Virus record (IMG/VR): IMGVR_UViG_3300045282_000259
Coordinates: 1 to 50,318 of that record
Length of the DNA: 50,318 bases
Origin: a virus
Taxonomy: Duplodnaviria; Caudoviricetes
Strand: one strand, 5' to 3'
Below, one piece after another: positions 17,738 to 25,651 of the stretch. The translations under genes and the position numbers were made by a program. The notes beneath the pieces were generated by a model, which saw only the letters and a program-made list of their open reading frames with translations, did no database searches and had not been told where the DNA came from. Numbering within the stretch: position 1 is the stretch's first letter; each line of letters opens with the position of its first letter.

Positions 17738-18009
17738 GTGATCTTGTAAAGCGGCTTCGCAATTTTGAAGGAATGCCTGAGGCGCAGGGATGGAATATGA
17801 TTGAAGCTGCCGACCGCATCGAGGCGCTGGAAGCGGCGCTGCGGGAGCCAACCATCGTCACCGACGAGATGGTGATGGCTGGTGCAAAAGCCATGGTCAG
17901 ACTTGGTCATGACCATCGGACAAGGGGCGAGCCGATGCCGACCCGGCTTCAAGAAGCCCGCGCCTGCCTGATCGCTCACGCCGCGCTCGATAAGGACACA
18001 GGGCAATGA
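17734..18009 (+). CDS. cassette gene, Ead/Ea22-like coiled-coil scaffold
   Basis: MSDLVKRLR...EAADRIEALEAALRE...AALDKDTGQ. Confidence 0.7.
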   Translation: MSDLVKRLRNFEGMPEAQGWNMIEAADRIEALEAALREPTIVTDEMVMAGAKAMVRLGHDHRTRGEPMPTRLQEARACLIAHAALDKDTGQ

Positions 18010-18278
18010 GCTTGCTGACAGAACTTCTCAAGGGCTACGCCGACCCCACGTACAAGACAGAGCTACTCGGCAAGGGAAGCCTCGATAATACAATCTCCGA
18101 TCTCTTGGAGGATGCAGTGGAGGCTGGCCATCGCATCGAAGCGCTGGAAGCCGCGCTGCGGGAGATAGCAACCACTGTCTCAACGTCGCGGGAGCCGTTT
18201 CTTATAAAGCTGGCTGTCATAGGCAATGTAGCCCGCGCCGCGCTCGATAAGGACACGGGGCAATGCCGGGAACCGTAG
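18006..18278 (+). CDS. cassette gene, coiled-coil scaffold
   Basis: LTELLKGYADPTYK N-terminus; RIEALEAALRE; ARAALDKD. Confidence 0.65.
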   Translation: MSLLTELLKGYADPTYKTELLGKGSLDNTISDLLEDAVEAGHRIEALEAALREIATTVSTSREPFLIKLAVIGNVARAALDKDTGQCREP

Positions 18279-18511
18279 ACATGAGGTGGCGCAGCCCGGT
18301 TTGCGACGCGTGTCGGCGCGAAGTCGATTATGTCCGCGGCTCGGTCTGGCACGGCGACAGCCGGATTTGCACGGAATGCTTCATGCAGTGGTACGACCCC
18401 GATAACAGCACGTTCGATAATTGCGATCCGGTTGAACTCGGCAACTACATTCGCAGCAAGCACGGCTTGCCACCATTACCAGCCGCGCTCGATAAGGACA
18501 CAGGGAAATGA
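18263..18511 (+). CDS. cassette gene with CxxC...CxxC
   Basis: starts at a repeat ATG; ends AALDKDTGK. Confidence 0.65.
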   Translation: MPGTVDMRWRSPVCDACRREVDYVRGSVWHGDSRICTECFMQWYDPDNSTFDNCDPVELGNYIRSKHGLPPLPAALDKDTGK

Positions 18512-18792
18512 GCAACAAACATCAATTAGGTGATGCACCAATCCAGCCCGAATTTTACGTGAAGATGAATGACCTCGCCAAGGTACTCGATAAATTTTTA
18601 AATGGCGAAGCAAAGGGCAAGGACCGCAAGAACGGTTTTGTGCTGATGGTGTACGCATTTGGCAATCTAGCTAGCGGCGATGCGCGCTGCAATTACATCT
18701 CAAATGGTGCAGATCGCAGGGATGTAGTCACCTTGATGAAGGAAATGATTGCCCGTTTTGAAAGCCAGCCAAAACAATCCGGTAAGGCATGA
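18508..18792 (+). CDS. cassette gene, conserved phage protein
   Basis: GFVLMVYAFG...CNYISNGADRRDV. Confidence 0.75.
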   Translation: MSNKHQLGDAPIQPEFYVKMNDLAKVLDKFLNGEAKGKDRKNGFVLMVYAFGNLASGDARCNYISNGADRRDVVTLMKEMIARFESQPKQSGKA

Positions 18793-18833
18793 TCGCCCGC
18801 GCCGCGCTCGATAAGGACGCAAGACTTTTATGA
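18789..18833 (+). CDS. 14-aa minigene made only of the junction repeat (empty cassette)
   Basis: ATGATCGCCCGCGCCGCGCTCGATAAGGACGCAAGACTTTTATGA = MIARAALDKDARLL; ATGA overlaps at both ends. Confidence 0.55.
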   Translation: MIARAALDKDARLL

Positions 18834-19375
18834 CAATCCAGTTCAGCCGATGCTTCGCAATGCCGAACGCTGAAACATTCAGCGTTAAGCCCATTGGCGA
18901 GTTCGTGAAGCGATACCTGGCCATGACGAAGGTTAGCGTTGATCCATTCGCTTGTAACCGGGATTGGGCAACCTACACGAACGACATTAATTGCAACACG
19001 TTAGCGCAAACACACATGGATGCCGAAGAATTTCTGTTTCACTTGGCTCATCGTGGCGTGATTGCTGATTTAGTGCTGTTCGATCCACCTTATAGTCCCA
19101 GGCAGGTTTCCGAGCACTACAAAGCCGCTGGCCGCAAAGTCATTGCGGAAGATACACAGAACGGCAGACTTTATCGCCGAGTTCGTGATGCCATTGGTTG
19201 CATCGTCCGCCCTGGCGGGGTCGTGCTTTCGTTTGGCTGGCAATCGGTCGGCATGGGCATTGGTCGCGGTTATGAGCTAATTGAAACGATGCTCGTTGTT
19301 CACGGCGGTGGCCACAACGACACGATCTGTATTGCCGAAATCGCCCGCGCCGCGCTCGATAAGGAAAAAAAATGA
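18830..19375 (+). CDS. putative DNA amino-methyltransferase (N6A/N4C)
   Basis: VDPFA SAM-binding motif; LFDPPYS catalytic motif; tail IARAALDKEKK. Confidence 0.75.
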   Translation: MTIQFSRCFAMPNAETFSVKPIGEFVKRYLAMTKVSVDPFACNRDWATYTNDINCNTLAQTHMDAEEFLFHLAHRGVIADLVLFDPPYSPRQVSEHYKAAGRKVIAEDTQNGRLYRRVRDAIGCIVRPGGVVLSFGWQSVGMGIGRGYELIETMLVVHGGGHNDTICIAEIARAALDKEKK

Positions 19376-19647
19376 GACTGACAGAACTTCTCAAGGGCTA
19401 CGCCGACCCCACGTACAAGAAAGAGATCATGGGCTACGTCTTTGCTACCTCGTCATGTATCGGCTGCGGCCGACTGTTCTCGTACAACCCGCACCGCGTT
19501 CCGTCATGCAGCGCGGTGACCGGCAAGCGCGAGCCGATCTGCCTGGATTGCGTCGAGCGGGTAAACCCGGAAAGGGTGAAGAAGGGTCTCGATCCGATTG
19601 TGATCCAGCCCGACGCCTACGAGCCATTGCCGGAGGACGAGCTGTGA
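19372..19647 (+). CDS. cassette gene, Zn-binding
   Basis: CIGCG...FSYNPHRVPS...PICLDC; N-terminus shared with the gene at 18006. Confidence 0.7.
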   Translation: MRLTELLKGYADPTYKKEIMGYVFATSSCIGCGRLFSYNPHRVPSCSAVTGKREPICLDCVERVNPERVKKGLDPIVIQPDAYEPLPEDEL

Positions 19648-20018
19648 GCGAGTGGCCGAGAAGCGAGTGGCCGAGATACTACATCCTCGTTGATCGTCTG
19701 CCGGTCGCGGTTGACTTCATGACGTGGGCACCCTGGTTCGGGAACATCGACGCCCGGCGTGTCGCGCGAACCGTTATCGACGCACACTGCTCGGTCTCAA
19801 CCGTGTTCTGCGGCTTCGACCACAATTTTGGCGGCGGCGAGCCGCTCCTGTTCGAAACTCTGATCTTCGGCGGCCCGCTCGCTCACGAGATGTGGCGCTA
19901 CTCAACCTATGCCGAGGCCGAAGGCGGGCACGCCGAAGCCGTGACGCAAGCCAAGATCGCAGCGGCCAAGATCAAATCGATTGCAGACAATGCCGGAGCG
20001 AAAAATCAGAAGCCATGA
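19644..20018 (+). CDS. conserved phage protein
   Basis: GTGA overlap; VSTVFCGFDH...PLLFETLIFGG...RYSTYAEAEGGH. Confidence 0.7.
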   Translation: MSEWPRSEWPRYYILVDRLPVAVDFMTWAPWFGNIDARRVARTVIDAHCSVSTVFCGFDHNFGGGEPLLFETLIFGGPLAHEMWRYSTYAEAEGGHAEAVTQAKIAAAKIKSIADNAGAKNQKP

Positions 20019-20521
20019 GACTGTACGACCTTAAATCGCTTATCGAGTTCGCATCCGTGCAGGCGGAAAAATTCTTCCGCAGGAACGGCGTTCTATACCT
20101 GATGTATCACTGCATCAAGGCCGATGGCGAGACCGCGATCCTTACCCCGCCGCCAGACTGCGACAAGGACACGTCCGTCGCTCTGATGAAGGCGTGGTTC
20201 GCGATCGAGAACGTCGACCGCTACGTCTTCATGGACGAGGCGTGGATCGTTGATGATAGGCGCGGCCAGATCGGACTGGATATTGCGAAGGTCAAGCGCG
20301 AAGGCGTGCGCAACCATCCAGAGCGCCGCGAGATAGTGCTGTTCTCGGCTGAGAACATCCGTGGCGAGCAACTGATGGCGACACGCTTCATCTTGCGCCC
20401 GGAGGTCGGCAAGCCGAAGCTCTCGCCGCTCAAGATCGATGAGCCGTTCGACCACAGCGAGGGCCGCATGGTCGGAATGCTCAACTGGAGCGCCGTGCTC
20501 AATAAGGACGCCAGCGAATGA
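20015..20521 (+). CDS. cassette gene, hypothetical
   Basis: ATGA overlap; ends in the degenerate repeat AVLNKDASE. Confidence 0.7.
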   Translation: MRLYDLKSLIEFASVQAEKFFRRNGVLYLMYHCIKADGETAILTPPPDCDKDTSVALMKAWFAIENVDRYVFMDEAWIVDDRRGQIGLDIAKVKREGVRNHPERREIVLFSAENIRGEQLMATRFILRPEVGKPKLSPLKIDEPFDHSEGRMVGMLNWSAVLNKDASE

Positions 20522-20823
20522 GTGAACTTGTAAGACGTTTACGTAAACAGGCTTCTGACGCCATCGATTGGGATGGCGAAACGTTAAAGAGGTGGGATGA
20601 AATCCGGGGCATGATTGAAACGCGTAAGGGCAGCGACCTTCCACGGCTGATGTTCGAAGGCCTGATTGAGAATTTAACCGAACTCATAATCGAAGCCGCC
20701 GCCCGTATCGAGGCGCTGGAGACGGCGCTGCGGGAGATCGAAGATTGTCTCGACTATGTCAAAGACAAAGGCGTTGTATGGAAGATCGCCCGCGCCGCGC
20801 TCGATAAGGACAATGAGAAATGA
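20518..20823 (+). CDS. cassette gene, coiled-coil scaffold
   Basis: MSELVRRLR...EAAARIEALETALRE...IARAALDKDNEK. Confidence 0.7.
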   Translation: MSELVRRLRKQASDAIDWDGETLKRWDEIRGMIETRKGSDLPRLMFEGLIENLTELIIEAAARIEALETALREIEDCLDYVKDKGVVWKIARAALDKDNEK

Positions 20824-21023
20824 ATGATGAGCATAACATCATTCAAACCGAGAATTGGCGACGGTATGCGGCTTGGGATCTGGTGCGCCAAGCCGTCATT
20901 GATTTACGCCGGGGCGGCGACATTACTGGCGTGACGACCGAGAAGATGAAGCGATTGTTTCCCGAGATTCAGACTGGGTATGAAACGCTTCGCGCCGCGC
21001 TCGATAAGGACGCGGGGAAATGA
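20820..21023 (+). CDS. cassette gene, hypothetical
   Basis: bounded by repeats; ends RAALDKDAGK. Confidence 0.65.
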   Translation: MNDEHNIIQTENWRRYAAWDLVRQAVIDLRRGGDITGVTTEKMKRLFPEIQTGYETLRAALDKDAGK

Positions 21024-21229
21024 ACGATACTCTTGTCGACCGTTTGCGTTTTCACAGCGCGACATTGGATCGATCGCTGTGCATGGAAGCCGCATCCCGC
21101 ATCGAGGCGCTGGAGGCGGCGCTGCAAAGGATTGTCGGGATAAGCGAACATTACGTCGTTATGCCGTCAGTCTTGTGTGAAGCGATACAGGGCGCCCGCG
21201 CGGCGCTCGATAAGGACGCAGGACAATGA
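21020..21229 (+). CDS. cassette gene, coiled-coil scaffold
   Basis: LVDRLR...EAASRIEALEAALQRI...ARAALDKDAGQ. Confidence 0.7.
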   Translation: MNDTLVDRLRFHSATLDRSLCMEAASRIEALEAALQRIVGISEHYVVMPSVLCEAIQGARAALDKDAGQ

Positions 21230-21822
21230 TTGCGCTGCTCGACACCAGCCACGACCTTGACGACTGTGCCGCCGAGCTTGACTGCGCAGTAGGACAATTG
21301 CTGACGCCGCTGACCCGTTTCCGGTTACGCGATCCTGTGAGACCATGGGCGATCGACAACGGAGCCTTTGCCGGGTTCGATGTCGACGCATTCATGGCGT
21401 TGCTGGCGCGCGAGTTCGTACACCGGCAACACTGCCTGTTTGTTACCGTGCCCGACGTGGTCGGCTCGGCACGGCGAACGCTGGAAGTATTCGAACACTG
21501 GCGGGCACGACTTGGCGGCTGGCGGCTGGCACTGGCATGTCAGGACGGTCAGGAAGATCTGCCGGTGCCGTGGGGCCGGATCGATGCGGTATTCATCGGC
21601 GGCTCAACCAACTGGAAAGGCTCGCTTGCTGCGGTGCAGATCATCCGGGCGGCGCAATTGCTCGGCAAGCACGTCCACGTCGGCCGCGTCAATGACGGCG
21701 TGCGTTGGAAGCATTTCGAGCAACTCGGCGTCGATACCATCGACGGCACCGGCATTTCCCGCTACTCGAATATGCGTGAGGCGGTCGCCGACCGGCACCG
21801 GCAACTGGAATTTCAGACATGA
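21226..21822 (+). CDS. TIM-barrel protein, possibly TGT/DpdA-like base-exchange family
   Basis: DNGAF, VPDVVG, QDG, FIGGS, HVGRVN and DGTG motifs; family call tentative. Confidence 0.5.
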   Translation: MIALLDTSHDLDDCAAELDCAVGQLLTPLTRFRLRDPVRPWAIDNGAFAGFDVDAFMALLAREFVHRQHCLFVTVPDVVGSARRTLEVFEHWRARLGGWRLALACQDGQEDLPVPWGRIDAVFIGGSTNWKGSLAAVQIIRAAQLLGKHVHVGRVNDGVRWKHFEQLGVDTIDGTGISRYSNMREAVADRHRQLEFQT

Positions 21823-22043
21823 ACAAGCATCCAGATTATCGCGGTGTTTACGTTCGCACCTCACCGCGACCGTCACCCTATTTCGCTCGTCTCAGCCGCA
21901 AAGGCCAATGGATATTTTCGGCATACTTCAAGCAGCCAGAAGATGCGGCAAAAGCCTATGACCAAATCGCAGGTTCGATATGGGGCAAGCATGCAACTCT
22001 GAACTTTCCACGCGCCACGCTCGATAAGGACACGGGGAAATGA
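21819..22043 (+). CDS. stand-alone AP2 DNA-binding domain
   Basis: YRGV...YFARL...PEDAAKAYD...WGKHATLNFP plus the repeat tail. Confidence 0.8.
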   Translation: MNKHPDYRGVYVRTSPRPSPYFARLSRKGQWIFSAYFKQPEDAAKAYDQIAGSIWGKHATLNFPRATLDKDTGK

Positions 22044-22312
22044 AGTTTTTCATCGATACAATAACTCCATGTCCAAGTGAAGTGCGTGTCGGCAATGTAT
22101 ATCACGTCAAAGGCGGTTACGGCACAAAGGCCGGGCACATGATGGTCTTGATGGCTATTACGGAAGGCGAGACTTGCCTTCTTATGGTCGTAGATAAACA
22201 TGGCAATCCCGTTGGGATCACCAATTACGGAATGCACTCTCTCGATGAACGCATGCCGATAGCTTTTTGTGAAGGTCTGGACGCTTTGGAGTTTCGTATC
22301 AGGAGCTTGTAA
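22040..22312 (+). CDS. cassette gene, hypothetical
   Basis: starts at a repeat ATG. Confidence 0.65.
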   Translation: MKFFIDTITPCPSEVRVGNVYHVKGGYGTKAGHMMVLMAITEGETCLLMVVDKHGNPVGITNYGMHSLDERMPIAFCEGLDALEFRIRSL

Positions 22313-22325
22313 GGACGTAAGAGAG

Positions 22326-22667
22326 ATGAGCGACCGCAAAAGCGCCGAACGCGCTATCGAGGCTTTGAGAAACCCCGACCCATCGTTGGCGCATGTCGTA
22401 AACACTGTCAGGCAATCACTCGCTGAAGTAGTTGAAGACCAACAAAACCGCATCGAGGAGCTGGAGGCGGCGCTGCAACGCATCGTACAATGGAGCGAGG
22501 CTTATCCGCTTGACATCTTCCCAGAGCCTGACTGGAAGAAAGCGCGGTCGCTGCTTGAAGCTGGCGGCATTACCCTTGATGCGGTCTCCGCGCATTGCAT
22601 GCGGCACGTCATCGAAGGCGTCGGCAAGATTGCCGGAGCCGCGCTCGATAAGGACGCAGGGAAATGA
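22326..22667 (+). CDS. cassette gene, coiled-coil scaffold
   Basis: RIEELEAALQRI...WSEAYPLDIFPEP...AALDKDAGK. Confidence 0.7.
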   Translation: MSDRKSAERAIEALRNPDPSLAHVVNTVRQSLAEVVEDQQNRIEELEAALQRIVQWSEAYPLDIFPEPDWKKARSLLEAGGITLDAVSAHCMRHVIEGVGKIAGAALDKDAGK

Positions 22668-22906
22668 GCGAACCGGTAGAGATCAGGCGCAATCCGGATC
22701 AGTCGATTGACGAAATCTGTATTGATGGCGGTAACGTTCACATCGAGCAGATGGACGGTAACAGTTGGTTCATGGGCGTCGAGGCGAAAGACGGTTCATA
22801 TTGGCAATTCTGGTTCGGTGCTAAGAACCGCAAATCTCTTGTGGAATTCAGACATGCCGAAATGACGCCAGCCCGCGCCGCGCGCGATAAGGACGCAGGG
22901 AAATGA
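22664..22906 (+). CDS. cassette gene, hypothetical
   Basis: IDEI...VHIEQMD...WFMG; ends ARAARDKDAGK. Confidence 0.7.
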   Translation: MSEPVEIRRNPDQSIDEICIDGGNVHIEQMDGNSWFMGVEAKDGSYWQFWFGAKNRKSLVEFRHAEMTPARAARDKDAGK

Positions 22907-22916
22907 GCGAACATCA

Positions 22917-23150
22917 TCAGCACCCACGGCAAATATCGGGCGGTCGTGGTGGCACCGGCGGCAGGTCTTCAACCCTGCTTCGGCATCGCTCAGCATCCCT
23001 GACTGACCGGCCGATGGGAGCACAGTTCGGATTATCTATATGGGATTGATCGGCAGGCATGGTCGGAGATTCCAGCACGCCAGCGAGCCACAACACCACT
23101 ACAACGAGGAGTAATAATCCGACGACCACGCCCCATTTCATTACGCTCAT
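22917..23150 (-). CDS. small bitopic membrane protein
   Basis: N-terminal TM; Cys/Pro-rich C-terminus. Confidence 0.55.
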   Translation of the reverse strand: MSVMKWGVVVGLLLLVVVVLWLAGVLESPTMPADQSHIDNPNCAPIGRSVRDAERCRSRVEDLPPVPPRPPDICRGC

Positions 23151-23317
23151 CTATGCAACGGTGGCCCGAACACCTGCCATCCCAAGATCAGGAACAACAC
23201 GAACAGCAACAGCGTGCCTCCGATAACGCCGTACCCTCCAGCCATACCAAAATGCACGAGCAATCCGAACACGAACCAAATCAACATCAGAATCCAGTAA
23301 GCTAATCCAAGGGTCAT
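23147..23317 (-). CDS. 56-aa two-TM membrane protein (not in ORF track)
   Basis: AAGGAGG RBS; MTLGLAYWILMLIWFVFGLL...LLLFVLFLILGWQVFGPPLHR; ATGA overlap. Confidence 0.7.
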   Translation of the reverse strand: MTLGLAYWILMLIWFVFGLLVHFGMAGGYGVIGGTLLLFVLFLILGWQVFGPPLHR

Positions 23318-23392
23318 GTTGGGTCCTCCTTTTCAATCAACACATGCGGCTCATAGCCAAGCGATTTCCTCCTACCGCCAGGGAAGTGCGAA

Positions 23393-23596
23393 ATGGGAAT
23401 GGTAATGTGGGTGATCCAGCAATGGCCGGACCTGTATGTTGCGCGCAAGGTTCTCGGCGACGCACGCCGTCCAGAACGCGAGATCTGCCACCGGGATCTC
23501 GACCGCTTGCGCGAGCTGTTTATTCAGGCCGGCTACAACCCGGAGCCGCGCCATGACGACGACGCCGACTACGTGGTCGAGTGGTGGACATCATGA
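23393..23596 (+). CDS. hypothetical protein
   Basis: PDLYVARK...DDDADYVVEWW; coupled to an ORF at 23593. Confidence 0.5.
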   Translation: MGMVMWVIQQWPDLYVARKVLGDARRPEREICHRDLDRLRELFIQAGYNPEPRHDDDADYVVEWWTS

Positions 23597-23718
23597 CCTG
23601 GTGGCTTTGGTTCATAGCCGGCATGTGGTTTGGCGGCACGATCGGCGCCGTGGTGGTCGCGTTCTTCTGCGGCGCCCGCGATCTTAACCAGCCATCGCAA
23701 CGGGATCGGATCGAGTGA
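23593..23718 (+). CDS. small membrane peptide
   Basis: ATGA overlap; MTWWLWFIAGMWFGGTIGAVVVAFFCGA. Confidence 0.4.
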   Translation: MTWWLWFIAGMWFGGTIGAVVVAFFCGARDLNQPSQRDRIE

Positions 23719-23879
23719 GCGGCGGCCATCCCAAAGCACAAAAGCGCCGTGTCTGCTGATGCGCCCGATCACGCCGCACCGCCCGCGCCAGTCGATGCGC
23801 CCCGGGTGCATGTTGTTGTTGAGCGAGACGGCGGCGCGTTTGTTCAAGGTGACACGGTCACCGGGCTGGAAGCGGGCCA

Positions 23880-24002
23880 TCAGAACGCCCATAGCAGAAG
23901 GAAAACAATCGCCGCCATCAGCGCGACATAAGCCACAAAGATCAGGATGAGCCGCCAGAACGGGCCGCGCCACCAGGGCTCACGCGAGGGGATCTGGTTC
24001 AT
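23880..24002 (-). CDS. 40-aa membrane peptide (not in ORF track)
   Basis: MNQIPSREPWWRGPFWRLILIFVAYVALMAAIVFLLLWAF. Confidence 0.45.
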   Translation of the reverse strand: MNQIPSREPWWRGPFWRLILIFVAYVALMAAIVFLLLWAF

Positions 24003-24177
24003 CGCCAACGTTGTCTGCGGCACTTCTCAGCATCTCGATCAGGCCGACGATGGCCGCCAGCGCGGCATGCTGCGCGTCAGCATCGCCGTCCTCGATCGCA
24101 TTGTGCAGCCGCGTGGTGACATCTTCCATGCGCTCGATGAACTGGCTGACGGCTTCCTTCAATACGGCATCGGCCAT
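23980..24177 (-). CDS. hypothetical protein
   Basis: GAGGA RBS; directly after the endolysin. Confidence 0.55.
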   Translation of the reverse strand: MADAVLKEAVSQFIERMEDVTTRLHNAIEDGDADAQHAALAAIVGLIEMLRSAADNVGDEPDPLA

Positions 24178-24180
24178 GGT

Positions 24181-25152
24181 TTAAAGTTCCTCGCGATAAG
24201 GGTAGGTCACGGTTACTTCGTCGTCCGTGGCGATCTCAAGCGCATCCATCAGGCAAGGCGAGAGGTCCGCCGCTCTTCCGGTTTTTTGCTCATGCGGGCC
24301 CCAGTCAGCCGGAAAAGCCTTGGCACTCAACCCTGTCTTTGTCGCGCGCACCAGCGCAACATTGTCCGATGACGCGAGCATTTCCTTCGAGGTAATCGAA
24401 TAATCCCAGCGGCAAGCGACATAATTAACTGCCACAGAATTAAGCCTTCTGGCCAACCCTGTCGTTCCGTCTGGCTGATAGGGGAGGAAGAGATGTGGTG
24501 CATCCATGACATCGTAGATAAAAGCCAGCCCCTCGTCCGGCGCCACACCGGTATCATCCGGCCCTCCAAAATGCGAGCACTTGCCGGTGACGTGCAGCCC
24601 CTGATCCGGTGGCGGCAGGGGGATGACGTTCTCCTCACCAGCCAGCAGCGCCGCGATGTTCTCGCAGATCAGATCAAAATGGGTCTTGTAGATCTCGGCG
24701 TCCGCCTCGCTATCGACAAATGCCACCTCAATTAAAATCGCCGGCATCGCGGTGTTGTTAAGGAAGAACAGATCGGTGCGCTTTTTCGGTCCCCGGTCGA
24801 TGAAGCCACAATCGGCAATCGCGGATGACATCTGCTTGGCGAGCGAAGACTGCGTGACATATAGGCACTCGGTCCCCATCGGCTTCGCCGTTTCGGTGTA
24901 GGCGTTGAAATGGACCGACACATCGAGCTGCCGGGTCTGCGCATTATGATAGTTCACGATGCGGTTCAGGTTCTCGTTCTGCGTCGTGGAAACGGTATCG
25001 TGAAACGCCTTGACATCAATGCCCCGATCCTTCAATTCCTTGGCGACCCGATCGACTACGCGCGTCGCCTCGGCCACTTCGTTGAGGATACCGCTGGCAC
25101 CCTGGCATTTGGTCGAGTGGCCCGACGAGATTACTATGCTTGAATAAGTCAT
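24181..25152 (-). CDS. endolysin: N-acetylmuramoyl-L-alanine amidase (Amidase_3) plus C-terminal domain
   Basis: ISSGH...E, SVHFNA, PAILIEVAFVD Zn-amidase motifs. Confidence 0.9.
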   Translation of the reverse strand: MTYSSIVISSGHSTKCQGASGILNEVAEATRVVDRVAKELKDRGIDVKAFHDTVSTTQNENLNRIVNYHNAQTRQLDVSVHFNAYTETAKPMGTECLYVTQSSLAKQMSSAIADCGFIDRGPKKRTDLFFLNNTAMPAILIEVAFVDSEADAEIYKTHFDLICENIAALLAGEENVIPLPPPDQGLHVTGKCSHFGGPDDTGVAPDEGLAFIYDVMDAPHLFLPYQPDGTTGLARRLNSVAVNYVACRWDYSITSKEMLASSDNVALVRATKTGLSAKAFPADWGPHEQKTGRAADLSPCLMDALEIATDDEVTVTYPYREEL

Positions 25153-25382
25153 GGCCTGTCCTCCTTCGGCAGCGCCGCCATGCAACGCTGCATCATTTCA
25201 TCGACCATTTTGTCTTTGCGCAATGACGCGCTTTCCAGCCGCGTAAAGAAATCTCTACTGACCCATATTCCCGCCGCCAGGAACATCAGGTTGATTACGA
25301 TCAAAGCCAATGCCAGCGGCTGGTTTTTCAGCGCATCAGTCACGCCGCTGACGACCTTGCCGGCCTGCTCTGGCATGCTCAT
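25149..25382 (-). CDS. single-TM protein, holin candidate
   Basis: PLALALIVINLMFLAAGIW; precedes the endolysin. Confidence 0.55.
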   Translation of the reverse strand: MSMPEQAGKVVSGVTDALKNQPLALALIVINLMFLAAGIWVSRDFFTRLESASLRKDKMVDEMMQRCMAALPKEDRP

Positions 25383-25651
25383 GGGTTGATTTTCAGCGTG
25401 CGGGTCATCACATCCTTGATGCGCTCAATGCTTTCCTTATTGCTGTCAGTCTTGCTTTCCAGCACCGTCAGCCGGTTGTCGATCACGTTGAGATGCGGCG
25501 AGCCGCGGGTCTCCAGCGTGTCGACCCTGGTTTCCAGCTTTACCATGTAGGCAGTCATGCTGAGCACCGCAGCGCCGATTGCGATCGTCTGCGCGATAAG
25601 GAAATAGACCAGCGTCGCGTTCTCGCGGACCCAGACCTTGAGCTCGGTCAT
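25379..25651 (-). CDS. TM plus coiled-coil protein (lysis module)
   Basis: hydrophobic N-terminus, coiled-coil C-terminus. Confidence 0.6.
   Translation of the reverse strand: MTELKVWVRENATLVYFLIAQTIAIGAAVLSMTAYMVKLETRVDTLETRGSPHLNVIDNRLTVLESKTDSNKESIERIKDVMTRTLKINP

Larger units (their letters stand above)
17980..22906 (+). repeat. dispersed ~30-bp gene-junction repeat (12 copies plus 1 partial)
   Basis: GCCGCGCTCGATAAGGAC-N8-ATG(A) at ~17980, 18237, 18482, 18801, 19349, 20492, 20794, 20994, 21200, 22014, 22638, 22877; partial TAAGGACG at 22310. Confidence 0.95.

Noticed and set aside
17980-22906. CRISPR array interpretation of the junction repeats
   Set aside because: Intervals are 200-1150 bp and protein-coding, the repeat is not palindromic, and there is no cas operon
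14474-22906. Classical integron (IntI plus attC)
   Set aside because: The integrase has a phage arm-binding domain beside xis/attP, and the repeats lack attC R/L box hairpins
23569-23880. Minus-strand MARFQPGDRV ORF
   Set aside because: Plausible start, but it overlaps plus-strand ORFs by ~150 bp, so I cannot decide between them without homology data
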